The position numbers and the translations under genes were made by a program. A stretch of DNA of 64,000 nt from Gammaproteobacteria bacterium (lineage in GTDB: Bacteria; Pseudomonadota; Gammaproteobacteria; QZLD01), in the NCBI GenBank assembly GCA_033852155.1, contig JAWSVA010000014.1, forward strand, positions 101,393 to 165,392, written 5' to 3'. The notes under the pieces are model-generated. The model was given only the letters and a program-made list of their open reading frames with translations. It was not told where the DNA came from and ran no database searches. Positions 50,860 to 60,106 of the stretch are shown one piece after another; within the stretch, counting starts at the first letter, position 1; the number at the start of each line of letters is the position of its first letter.

Positions 50860-52566
50860 ATGGCGAATAGTTATAATCAACTTAAATATGAAGTTGATGA
50901 AAAGCCAGATTTTAAAACCACACTTATTTTAGCCATACAGCACATCTCAATGGTTTATTCAGGAATTGTTTTGATGCCAATAATAATTGGCAGAGCTGTT
51001 GGTTTAGATGCAAGTACAATTAGCTATATGGTGTTCGTTACCGTCATTACCAGCGCAATTGCAACATACATTCAGATTTATAAGATCGGAAAAATCGGCT
51101 CTGGCATGGTCATGTTTATGGGAAGCAGCGGTGCTTACTGGGGGGCAACCTCAACCGCCTTGGCTGTTGGTGGAATACCGCTATTGATGACAATGAATAT
51201 TATTTCTGCCTTTTTGGAAATTATTGCCGCAAAATTCCTGGTACCTTTAAGAAAGATTTTTACGCCCGCAGTTGGCGGAACAGTGATAATGCTAATCCCA
51301 GTTTCTGTTCTTCCTGCAATTCTCAGTGCTTATTCAGGTGAGATAAAAGCTAGCGGACAAGTTTCAGAAAACATTATTATTGCTATTACCACCATGTCAG
51401 TATTGCTTGGGTGTTACATATTCGCCCCTAAAAAATATCAAACTCTTATGGTGCTAGCTGGTTTAATAGTGGGCAGTGTTTTAGCTACTGCCCTAGGAAT
51501 AATGGATTGGCAATCTGTTGCTGGAGCTTCAATTATTGGGCTTCCAGAAATGAAATGGCAACTCCCTGCTTTCGATTTTACCTGGCAACATTTTGCAATT
51601 TTACTAAGCTTTGTTATTGCTACTTTATCTAGCACCATTGAGACAATTGGCGATACCATGGTGTGCGAATCCATCTCTTATCGAAAATTTGTTAAACATG
51701 ATTTCAGCAAAATTAGTGGTGCACTTTATGCTGATGGGATTGGCAATATCCTTTCTGGATTGACAGGAGGAGTTGCTAATACAACCTATAGCACTAATAT
51801 TCCACTTATTAAAATCACGCAAGTATCTTCTCGAATTGTTGGTGGTGTTGGCGCCACCATACTCCTTATGCTGGCATTTTCCCCTGTCATCTCAGCAATA
51901 TTTTTAATTATTCCAAACGCTGTGTTAGTTCCAATTATTGCCTTTACATTTGCCTTGTTATTCGAAGCTGGTTTGTCTTTAGCAGGTAAAAACTCAGATA
52001 GACTTTCCCAATTAATAGTAGGGTTTTCATTTTTAATTGGGGTAGCTGGTGGTCAAAAACTATTATTAAATGAATATATGCCAGCAGTATTTCAGGAAAT
52101 TTTTGGCAACGCATTAACGACCGGTGGCCTCATAGCGATCATTTTATCCATAATTGCCAATATGGTTTTAAAGGGTAAAGTTGTGTTGCATGTTAAAACT
52201 CTAAAGACAAATATGGCTGAGTTTTTGGATGAACTAGAGAATAAGACTCAAGCAAGGTTCTCACTATCGGCTCGTGATTCATTCCGACTTCGCCTGTGTG
52301 CAGAAGAGCTTTTCGACTTTTTAACTGAACATAATATTGATGGTAATCTGACTGCCAAGTTTAGTGTTTATCGTCTTCCAAATGATATTTTGACTTGTGA
52401 TGTGATAACCGCATTTGATGTAAATGATGCAGATATTCTTACTGAAAATGCAGAAATTGGCGAACAATTGAATCTAGTTATTTTAAATAAATTGGCGAAT
52501 AAAGTTGAGCATGTACGCTCTGAATCAGCTGGATATATAACATTCGAATTGGCGCCTGAGGAATAA
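50860..52566 (+). CDS. NCS2-family nucleobase (xanthine/uracil-type) permease with ~130-aa C-terminal cytoplasmic extension resembling an RsbW-like GHKL domain
   Basis: N-terminal ~430 aa has the NCS2 profile (QHISMVYSGIVLMP ...). The C-terminal segment RLRLCAEELFDFLTEH...GNLTAKFSVYRLPNDILTCDVITAFDVNDADI...EIGEQLNLVILNKLA aligns by eye with the C-terminal GHKL domain of the 53271-55694 protein. Confidence 0.8.
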   Translation: MANSYNQLKYEVDEKPDFKTTLILAIQHISMVYSGIVLMPIIIGRAVGLDASTISYMVFVTVITSAIATYIQIYKIGKIGSGMVMFMGSSGAYWGATSTALAVGGIPLLMTMNIISAFLEIIAAKFLVPLRKIFTPAVGGTVIMLIPVSVLPAILSAYSGEIKASGQVSENIIIAITTMSVLLGCYIFAPKKYQTLMVLAGLIVGSVLATALGIMDWQSVAGASIIGLPEMKWQLPAFDFTWQHFAILLSFVIATLSSTIETIGDTMVCESISYRKFVKHDFSKISGALYADGIGNILSGLTGGVANTTYSTNIPLIKITQVSSRIVGGVGATILLMLAFSPVISAIFLIIPNAVLVPIIAFTFALLFEAGLSLAGKNSDRLSQLIVGFSFLIGVAGGQKLLLNEYMPAVFQEIFGNALTTGGLIAIILSIIANMVLKGKVVLHVKTLKTNMAEFLDELENKTQARFSLSARDSFRLRLCAEELFDFLTEHNIDGNLTAKFSVYRLPNDILTCDVITAFDVNDADILTENAEIGEQLNLVILNKLANKVEHVRSESAGYITFELAPEE

Positions 52567-52706
52567 TGTGTCCATTAATGGCATTATGGTAATTGCACTT
52601 ATTACTTGAAAGCGCGTTACCATAGTCTGTATTAACTGCATTTATTACTTTAATTCAGGTAATTTTACCCCAATTATTTCATACCTTTAGGCAGAATGAG
52701 TAAATT

Positions 52707-53099
52707 ATGGAAGAAACTGTTATACAACAAAAGCTCTGTGATGAGTTCCACATTTCTGAAAATTGTTATATTACCGAATTATCCAATACGGCTGACGATC
52801 CGGATGTTTCAATTGCCAAAGCGAGAGTTGAACCAGGAGTTACTACTCAATGGCATAGACTTGTAGGAACTACAGAACGATATTATATAATTAGCGGAAA
52901 AGGTATAGCGGAAATCGGAAAACTGCTACCTCAGGAAGTAAATGCCGGTGATATGCTACTTATCCCTCCAATGTGCCGCCAGCGTATTTCCAACATAGGC
53001 TCTGAAGATCTGATCTTTCTTGCAATCTGCACTCCCCGATTTTCCAATGATGCTTATGAAGATATTGAAGACGCTGTGAATTTATCTAGTACAAGTTAA
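52707..53099 (+). CDS. Cupin-domain protein
   Basis: 130 aa. Cupin_2 motifs G(x)5HxH-like (TTQWHRLVGTTERYYIISGKG) and GDMLLIPP. Confidence 0.7.
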   Translation: MEETVIQQKLCDEFHISENCYITELSNTADDPDVSIAKARVEPGVTTQWHRLVGTTERYYIISGKGIAEIGKLLPQEVNAGDMLLIPPMCRQRISNIGSEDLIFLAICTPRFSNDAYEDIEDAVNLSSTS

Positions 53100-53270
53100 A
53101 ACAAGCAAAAATCAATCTTGTAGCTAATATGAGTACCTCATACCCCCGACTAACTACATTGCTTGTATCGCTAAATTGCCCTCTAAAGATATTGTGCTAA
53201 GCTTTATGCACCAATGTGATTTTACTAATATAGATCAATCCTTTCCTGATAGACTACTTACAGGTTATTT

Positions 53271-55694
53271 ATGCGCTTTCACTCTCGTCTTATTCTACTC
53301 TTCTCAGTAACCATTTTAACTGCTGTTTTCCTCACCGCATCTTTGCTTGCATGGAGCTCCAGAAATTCAATGTATGAATCAACTCGCATTGATGGTGAGT
53401 TAGTTTCTTTACTTCTGGCAAGAAGTGCAGGATTCGCAAAACAGATACCTAAAGAGGTCGAAGATGCTCTCGGAGAACAAATGGTAGCCGCCGCAAACAT
53501 TGCAGCCGAATTTGTTGCCGCTGGTGAAAAAGCTGGCATGACCACCCCAGAGTTAACAACCCGACTTAAAGAGATCGTCAAACGCACTACCATTAATGAG
53601 ATTTGGGTTACCGATGAAAATGGGCATGCACTTCTTCATACCGAACCAGATGTTGATTTCACGTTCAGCCCAGACTCAACATTGCAACCTCAGGCATCCC
53701 AGTTTTGGCCACTGCTAACTAGAGAAAAAACAACCGTAATCCAGGATATGCGCAAAAGAGAAATTGATAATAAGTCATTCAAATACGTCGGCGTTACAGG
53801 GGTAGACAAACCAAGAATCGTTCAAATCGGTCTGGATGCATCAATGATAGAAAATCTTCGCCGCAGCATCGGTCTTGAATTTATGGTAGACAACCTGCTT
53901 GCCGGAGGCGATATTAATGCCATATGGGTTATCTCACCGGAGATGAAAACGATTGCCTACGGCTCAGTTTTTGGCAGCGACGTAAACCCTCAACCCACTC
54001 CTCGTGAAGCCAAAGCACTTCAAGAGGTTTTTGACCAACAAAAAACTCAAAGCATCCTAGAAAGCAATCAAATCACGATTATGACACCAGTGCCTAGTTC
54101 CACAGGAAAAACCATTGGCGTCTCACTAGTCCGTCTACCTCTTGACCACATGAACCAAACATTAAGAAACCAAATATATATTGCTATGATTATTGCTGCT
54201 GGATCGATATTAATTGGTATCTTAATCGCATTTGTAGCTGCCCGCAGAATTACAGATCCCGTTGAAACAATCACAGATGCAGCAAAGGCGATACAAGAAG
54301 GTAGCTTTACATCAGAGTGCCTGCTCAAGGTTTCCCAGAGATCCGATGAGATAGGCCAGTTAGCACAAGTAATTATCAAAATGGCGGAAGATGTATCAGC
54401 TCGCCAAGAATATCTCGATTGTTTGGTCACAGAACGTACGGCCGAACTCGAAATAAAAAATAAAGAAATAGAGCAAACCCACCAACAACTCCATAGTGAA
54501 TTAATGGTGGCACAATCGATGCAAATAGCCATCCTACCCACCGACTTTCCTGTGCATCCTAATTATGAAGTCTTTGGCAAAATGTTACCCGCCAAAGAGA
54601 TGGGAGGCGACTTCTACGATCTCTTCCAGATTGATGATGAGTGGTTGGGATTGGCGATTGCCGATGTCTCTGGTAAAGGGATGCCTGCTGCATTCTTTAT
54701 GGCAGTCTCCCGTACCGAGCTACAGTCAATTGCAGCCAGTGGTGGCGCCCCAGGTGAGGTACTCAGCCAAACCAATCAGAACTTGTGTTCTGAAAATCCA
54801 CTGGAACTATTTGTGACAGTTTTTTATGGGCTGGTAAATATCAAAACTGGACAGTTCATCTACTCCAATGGTGGTCATAACCCCCCTTATATATTGAGAG
54901 CTGATGGCAGCTGCGAAGCCTTACCATTAACTGGCGATATGGCCTTAGGTGTTATGCCCGACCTACTCTATCAAGACAACCAGGTCACCCTTCACACTGG
55001 GGATATGTTGGTGATGTTCACCGATGGTGTCACCGAATCATTTAATCCACAGGACGAAGAGTATGGCGAAGAGCGCCTTATTCAAACACTGAAAACAGCA
55101 AAAGGGGTTTCAGCAAAAGAACAGCTAGAAAATATCTATACCTCTGTTGACAATTTTGCCGACAATCGCGAACAATCAGATGACATAACCTGCCTTCTAT
55201 TCGATTTTCATCCAGAATCTGAATCTGAATCTGAATCTAAATCTGAATCTGGACGTATACCAACATCAGAAGTAATTGTTCTAACTAATGACCTTGCAGA
55301 ACTGGAAAAACTAGCCGGGGCAATTGAAAAATACTGTGACACACACGAGTTACCCCCAGCATGTTGTTTCCAGATAAATCTGGCTCTTGATGAGCTTATT
55401 ACCAACACAATAAGTTATAGTTTCGATGAAGGAGTGACTGGCAATATAACCATCCAGTTATCCTTAAATGCAGATATAGTAACAATATTATTAGTTGATG
55501 ATGGAAATCCATACAACCCTCTAGATACACCGCATCCTGACCTAGACGCTGAGATCGACGAGCGCGAAATTGGCGGCTTAGGCGTACATTTCGTGCGGGA
55601 ATATATGGATACCATAGACTACGAATATATGGATAATAAAAATCAACTAATATTGACCAAACAAACAACACCTCAGGATAACCAAGGAGAATAA
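53271..55694 (+). CDS. Membrane sensor fusion: periplasmic sensor domain - HAMP - PP2C (SpoIIE/RsbU-type) Ser phosphatase - (ESE)n linker - RsbW-like GHKL Ser kinase/anti-sigma domain
   Basis: Two TM helices flank a ~270-aa periplasmic region. HAMP after TM2. PP2C motifs GDFYDLF...AIADVSGKGMPAAFFMA...FTDGVTE. C-terminal LALDELITNTISYSF ... VDDGNPYNP ... GGLGVHFV (RsbW/SpoIIAB-like HATPase). Confidence 0.85.
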   Translation: MRFHSRLILLFSVTILTAVFLTASLLAWSSRNSMYESTRIDGELVSLLLARSAGFAKQIPKEVEDALGEQMVAAANIAAEFVAAGEKAGMTTPELTTRLKEIVKRTTINEIWVTDENGHALLHTEPDVDFTFSPDSTLQPQASQFWPLLTREKTTVIQDMRKREIDNKSFKYVGVTGVDKPRIVQIGLDASMIENLRRSIGLEFMVDNLLAGGDINAIWVISPEMKTIAYGSVFGSDVNPQPTPREAKALQEVFDQQKTQSILESNQITIMTPVPSSTGKTIGVSLVRLPLDHMNQTLRNQIYIAMIIAAGSILIGILIAFVAARRITDPVETITDAAKAIQEGSFTSECLLKVSQRSDEIGQLAQVIIKMAEDVSARQEYLDCLVTERTAELEIKNKEIEQTHQQLHSELMVAQSMQIAILPTDFPVHPNYEVFGKMLPAKEMGGDFYDLFQIDDEWLGLAIADVSGKGMPAAFFMAVSRTELQSIAASGGAPGEVLSQTNQNLCSENPLELFVTVFYGLVNIKTGQFIYSNGGHNPPYILRADGSCEALPLTGDMALGVMPDLLYQDNQVTLHTGDMLVMFTDGVTESFNPQDEEYGEERLIQTLKTAKGVSAKEQLENIYTSVDNFADNREQSDDITCLLFDFHPESESESESKSESGRIPTSEVIVLTNDLAELEKLAGAIEKYCDTHELPPACCFQINLALDELITNTISYSFDEGVTGNITIQLSLNADIVTILLVDDGNPYNPLDTPHPDLDAEIDEREIGGLGVHFVREYMDTIDYEYMDNKNQLILTKQTTPQDNQGE
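55215..55250. repeat. (GAATCT)n hexanucleotide microsatellite (5 perfect + 1 variant unit) encoding the ESESESESKSES linker
   Basis: gaatct gaatct gaatct gaatct aaatct gaatct, inside the 53271-55694 gene between the PP2C and GHKL domains. Confidence 0.85.
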
Positions 55695-55695
55695 T

Positions 55696-56034
55696 ATGAA
55701 TGTCAATTCTGAAACCGTAGGCGATATTAACATCGTCACCCCTAGTGGACGTCTAGATAGCATGACAGCCCCTAGTTTCGAATCTGAACTCCTGAGCCGT
55801 ACTGAAGAAAGCACAGACGGTGTGATCGTCGATTTTACTGACCTTGACTACGTATCCAGTGCAGGGCTAAGAATTATGCTCATGGCTGCTAAACGAATGA
55901 AAGCAGCATCTCGCAAGCTTATCATATGCGGACTAAGTGACTCTATACATGATGTGTTTAGAATCAGTGGTTTTCTGACTATTTTCACCATTGTCGGCAG
56001 CCGTGAAGAAGCGATCGAAAAGGCAAAAGAATAG
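55696..56034 (+). CDS. STAS-domain anti-sigma-factor antagonist (RsbV/SpoIIAA-like)
   Basis: 112 aa. Conserved phosphorylatable Ser region DLDYVSSAGLRIM. Start 2 nt after the stop of the upstream phosphatase/kinase gene. Confidence 0.85.
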   Translation: MNVNSETVGDINIVTPSGRLDSMTAPSFESELLSRTEESTDGVIVDFTDLDYVSSAGLRIMLMAAKRMKAASRKLIICGLSDSIHDVFRISGFLTIFTIVGSREEAIEKAKE

Positions 56035-56039
56035 AGGAA

Positions 56040-56906
56040 GTGACCAGCAAAATCCTGCCTAATAAAAACTATACAATCAGAATCGCGACGCTTACAGAAA
56101 TTGAAATTGCCATTGAATGGGCTGCCAAAGAGGGTTGGAATCCTGGCTTAAACGATATCGATTGTTACTATACAGCTGATGCAAACGGCTTCTTTATTGG
56201 GCTCCTCGACGATGAGCCTATTGCCACAATATCTGCAATTAAATATGGTAATACGTTTGGTTTCATTGGCTTCTATATTGTTAAGCCAGAATATCGCAAT
56301 AAGGGTTACGGCATACAAATTTGGAATGCTGCTTTAAAAAATTTACAGGGCCGAAATATTGGCCTTGATGGCGTAATTGCCCAACAAGATAATTACCAAA
56401 AATCCGGTTTCAACATGGCTTATAGCAATATACGCTATAAAGGAATCAGCGGTGGTAAACCACCTTATGACACAGAAATAATAGAACTATCCACCCTACC
56501 CTTTAAAACCATTGAGCTATACGAACGTCCATTCTTTCCTGAAGATCGGTCCCTATTTATCAAATCTTGGATAAATCAACCTGATTGCACTGCTCTGGGT
56601 ATAATGCGAAATGGAAAACTCCAAGGCTACGGTGTGATACGCGCGTGTCGTTCCGGATACAAGATAGGACCTCTTTTTGCGGAATGCCCAAAACAGGCCG
56701 AGTCTCTTTTTCTGGCGCTAAAATCCAGAGTTAAAGCAGGCGAACCAATTTATCTTGACGTACCAGAATCAAATCAAGCAGCAATATCATTAGCGAAGCG
56801 TAATAACATGCAGATAGTATTCGAGACGGCCAGAATGTATACGGGTGAAGAACCAGCTATACCACTGCATCGTGTCTTTGGAGTTACTTCTTTTGAAGTT
56901 GGATGA
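56040..56906 (+). CDS. GNAT-family N-acetyltransferase (tandem GNAT-like halves), GTG start
   Basis: 288 aa. Acetyl-CoA binding-type motif region (IVKPEYRNKGYGIQIWN). The 3' ~350 bp is duplicated downstream at 60172-60554. Confidence 0.7.
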   Translation: MTSKILPNKNYTIRIATLTEIEIAIEWAAKEGWNPGLNDIDCYYTADANGFFIGLLDDEPIATISAIKYGNTFGFIGFYIVKPEYRNKGYGIQIWNAALKNLQGRNIGLDGVIAQQDNYQKSGFNMAYSNIRYKGISGGKPPYDTEIIELSTLPFKTIELYERPFFPEDRSLFIKSWINQPDCTALGIMRNGKLQGYGVIRACRSGYKIGPLFAECPKQAESLFLALKSRVKAGEPIYLDVPESNQAAISLAKRNNMQIVFETARMYTGEEPAIPLHRVFGVTSFEVG

Positions 56907-56936
56907 ATAAATTAGCCAATGCATTTGAGATAGTTG
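56554..56936. repeat. Left copy of a 383-bp direct repeat (about 97% identical to 60172-60554)
   Basis: Aligned by eye: the same sequence from GTCCCTATTTATCAAATCTTGG through GCATTTGAGAT, with ~10 substitutions. Covers the GNAT 3' end plus 30 bp downstream. Confidence 0.85.
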
Positions 56937-56945
56937 ATTGCCATA

Positions 56946-58334
56946 CTAAGTCTCTTCAAGGTTTGATTTAACTCGAGGTGAGAGTTCAAATTGTGGGTGT
57001 TGTTTTATAGATTTTTCCGCCTTCAAAGACTGTAAAAACAGCCGAATACTTTCCTCAAGATAATCTTCGTGCTTTTCAAAGCAGCACCTTTGATCATAAT
57101 CCAAGCCTTTAAAATCTTTCAGATAACATCCTCCAAGACAAGACGGCAAGAACTTACAGTTCAAACATTTATATTCATCAAATGGAGACACAGAAAGCCA
57201 TTTATTACTTATCTGATTATTAATTATTTCTTGATCTAAATTTCCAACAACATGCTCGGGCTTACCCACCGTTTCCCAACATTTATATAATTTACCACCA
57301 GCATCAATGACGTAACTATTTTTACGCAATGCGCAACATGCTATTTTTTGAGGTTGAACTGGTTTATGCATTTTAAAGCCCAGTTCAATTGCATACTCCC
57401 AATATTCACTAAGCAATAAAGAAAATTCGGCCGGATTGTAGCATGATTTACATTGAGATCCTTTTTGGTCATCTGCAAAACTCTTATGCACCGGGCCAAA
57501 ACACAAACGTATTTTCCTTTGAAGATCTTCATCTGCAAGAAATTTAAGTAAAGGTTTTATATCAGATGAATTTGATGTATCTACTTTAATACCAAGACTA
57601 ATATCGATATCAGAAACAGCATGCAGATTTTTAATAATAGTGCTAAAAGAATCACCACCATCAATAGACTTTCTTCGCTCATTGTGAACTGTTTGTGTTC
57701 CATCTATTGTTACAGCAATAGTTTCTACCTTATATTTTTTTAATAATTTTGAACATGATGTCGTAAGTAAATACCCATTGCTTACAACAACTGCTGAATA
57801 AGTTATTCCTTTCGATTCTGCAAAATCAATCAGCTGTTCCGAAATGGCTGCAATCTGCTCCATTGCCAAAAGAGGCTCTCCACCAAACCAAACAATATTT
57901 ATATGTTTGCAATTTCCAGCTTTAATTTTGATAAAATCAACCAATTTGGCGATTGTTTCCACGCCCATATAGCTAGTTGATTTATCCTGAAAACAATAAG
58001 TGCAATTGAAATTACAATCCATTGTCGGTGCAATAGTAAAATCTACATATTGATCTGTATATCTATGGTATTCATGCTCAGCGTTAAGCAAACTTACTTC
58101 ATCAACATGCTTAGGAATAATCATTCCTGCGGAATATAAAGCATCATAGAGTCCTTCTGGAATATCTATAATATCGCTACTTTTTTTAGATTTATTATTA
58201 TTTAGCCAATTATAGTGTTCATCGCTTAATTGCACTAATGACCCAGTTAGGGTGCTAAAAGCATACGAGGTTGCTCCATCTTCTATCGGAAATATAAACT
58301 TTGATACCTTCATCCGTTCACTAACGACATACAA
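56946..58334 (-). CDS. Radical SAM/SPASM-domain peptide-modifying enzyme (RiPP maturase-like)
   Basis: CNFNCTYC (CxxxCxxC) about 105 aa from the N-terminus. C-terminal Cys-rich SPASM region (CKSCYNP ... CCALRKN ... YKCW ... CLNCKFLPSCLGGC ... CCF). 462 aa. The start overlaps the end of the upstream peptide ORF by 25 nt. Confidence 0.85.
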   Translation of the reverse strand: MYVVSERMKVSKFIFPIEDGATSYAFSTLTGSLVQLSDEHYNWLNNNKSKKSSDIIDIPEGLYDALYSAGMIIPKHVDEVSLLNAEHEYHRYTDQYVDFTIAPTMDCNFNCTYCFQDKSTSYMGVETIAKLVDFIKIKAGNCKHINIVWFGGEPLLAMEQIAAISEQLIDFAESKGITYSAVVVSNGYLLTTSCSKLLKKYKVETIAVTIDGTQTVHNERRKSIDGGDSFSTIIKNLHAVSDIDISLGIKVDTSNSSDIKPLLKFLADEDLQRKIRLCFGPVHKSFADDQKGSQCKSCYNPAEFSLLLSEYWEYAIELGFKMHKPVQPQKIACCALRKNSYVIDAGGKLYKCWETVGKPEHVVGNLDQEIINNQISNKWLSVSPFDEYKCLNCKFLPSCLGGCYLKDFKGLDYDQRCCFEKHEDYLEESIRLFLQSLKAEKSIKQHPQFELSPRVKSNLEET

Positions 58335-58528
58335 GGTTTTCCACCTGATTCATAATACGGACCACAAAGGCATGATAACTGCTCTTCAATTATCTTTTTC
58401 ATTATTTCAAAACGCTCATCACCAGCATTTTCAATATTTTTTAATTGCTCAGCTGTTAATTCAAAAATCAATCGTGTTTTATCCCTACTAGCATCAAGTA
58501 TTACCTTTGTTTCCTTATCATCACTCAT
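58310..58528 (-). CDS. Candidate RiPP precursor peptide (72 aa; acidic/helical leader plus Cys-rich C-terminal core SCLCGPYYESGGKPCMSLVNG)
   Basis: Strong ribosome-binding site (AGGAGAATTGT-ATG). Overlaps the maturase start (translational coupling). Leader is rich in K/E/D with an FELTAEQL motif. Core has 3 Cys, a GG and YY. Confidence 0.5.
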   Translation of the reverse strand: MSDDKETKVILDASRDKTRLIFELTAEQLKNIENAGDERFEIMKKIIEEQLSCLCGPYYESGGKPCMSLVNG

Positions 58529-58996
58529 ACAATTCTCCTTTGAATATATTAAATTAATATTAAACTCTCACATCAACTTCAATAGTTATTTGTAAAGTAA
58601 CTATCAATCATTTGACCTATGTACTTTACTTATACAATAACAACACTGTCAACTTATCTGAGCCTTGCGAATTCGTAATTAATACATTTACAATAAATCA
58701 TAGTATTTACTATAACCCGCAGGATTTTACTACTTTTAGAAGTCTTTGGTAGGGTGTGTTTTGATACCAGTTGCCGCCCCATCACCAAATTAAGAAGATC
58801 AACCCTCTTGTATATAAAGAGTCCGTTGACCTTTTTTATTTCTCAATATGATATTTTTTTAAAGGATGTCACTCAAACATATCAAACTGCACAGGATGAG
58901 ATGCAGCAAAATATTTTGATGTTTGTTCTTTTACTTTGTTTTCTGTCTTCTCTTTAAGTTTCTTTGCTTTATAAACAGCTGTTGCCTGTTCTTGGA

Positions 58997-60106
58997 TTAG
59001 CTCTTGTGTGGTACTTCATTCTTTTGAACATGAACATATAGATCCCTGCTAAGCCCTATTCCCTTAAACCAGCTCTGCTTAGCTTTAACCGCATATTCTT
59101 TAAGCTTTTCTGTTGCACCTGCAAGATGGTAATAGCGTGAACCAAAATATTTAACCGACTTAATCCAGTTTTTTTCTTGTACTCCAAGCTGTTCAAGAAT
59201 TGGTCTTATCTCAGGGGGGATATACCCACGTTTATCGTCTCGTATTGCTCTGCCTGTCCAATCTGCTAGTTCAAAGTAATCAAGTGGTGAGAAGCTTATT
59301 CCCTTATCATTTAAGTTATCGCTATTATCACAGGTTATCGACCCTGAAAATGGCAAAAGATCTTGTGGCTGAGCCATCTTCTTAACTGATTTTTTATTAT
59401 GTCTGCACTCTGTTGTAAGAGTTGGAACATCATTGGTTTTACGCTGTTTTCTTTTGTTCTCTTTCTGTGCAAAAACCTTGATGCGTTCTTCTATTGAAGT
59501 GAATTCTGAGCTTTGAATGGAATCACTTATCTTGGCTCTAATTGGATTTAAATCCACATAGATCATGCATGATAACAACGCTGTTTCATCTAATAGAGCT
59601 TGGCTTTTAAACCGTCCTTCCCAGAACCTGCCTTTACAGTTATCTTCTTTATTCGCCTGTCTTGCGATGGATTCATTCATGCAGCGCATTAACCAGGATA
59701 TATTGGTTAATCTATCACGCCATTCTGCAATTATCTCATCAACCTTTTCTAACTCAGCCTTACCAAGTTCATCACCAGTCATATAGCGATTAATCAAAAC
59801 ATTGCCTGCAAACAGCTGCACCCAGCGCTCGATAACTTCTTTGTTCGACCAGCTATCAGCCTTCTCTTTATCTACATGAAAAACAACATGATAGTGATTA
59901 CTCATTACCGCATAAGCACAGATATCTATCGCATAGATTGATGATAGCTGCTTAAGCTTATCTACAACCCATTTCTTACGGTGGTCAAAATTCTTTCCTG
60001 TTGAATAATCTTCCCCGCACAAGAAAGCACGGCGCACACAGCGAACCACACAATGGTAGTAGGGAGTATCTTCTAGGCTTACTTGATCTTTTCTGGCTTT
60101 TGTCAT
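58997..60106 (-). CDS. HUH-type Y1 transposase, IS200/RAYT-like (COG1943) long form (369 aa)
   Basis: YHCVVRCVRRAF (cf. YHVVWCPKYR), HUH motif SNHYHVVFHV, GRFWEGRF (cf. IWQPRFWEH of RAYT), catalytic-Tyr region MIYVDLNPIRA (cf. DYIYINPVKHG). Has an extra ~170-aa C-terminal region. Confidence 0.55.
   Translation of the reverse strand: MTKARKDQVSLEDTPYYHCVVRCVRRAFLCGEDYSTGKNFDHRKKWVVDKLKQLSSIYAIDICAYAVMSNHYHVVFHVDKEKADSWSNKEVIERWVQLFAGNVLINRYMTGDELGKAELEKVDEIIAEWRDRLTNISWLMRCMNESIARQANKEDNCKGRFWEGRFKSQALLDETALLSCMIYVDLNPIRAKISDSIQSSEFTSIEERIKVFAQKENKRKQRKTNDVPTLTTECRHNKKSVKKMAQPQDLLPFSGSITCDNSDNLNDKGISFSPLDYFELADWTGRAIRDDKRGYIPPEIRPILEQLGVQEKNWIKSVKYFGSRYYHLAGATEKLKEYAVKAKQSWFKGIGLSRDLYVHVQKNEVPHKS

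Noticed and set aside
55208-55671. Three minus-strand ORFs overlapping the (GAATCT)n repeat and the GHKL domain
   Set aside because: Antisense to the sensor phosphatase/kinase gene. The repeat creates spurious SDSDSD translations.
58754-58957. 67-aa plus-strand ORF in the peptide/transposase intergenic region
   Set aside because: AT-rich, no ribosome-binding site, hydrophobic low-complexity translation. The region more likely holds the promoter of the peptide-rSAM operon and/or a transposon end.
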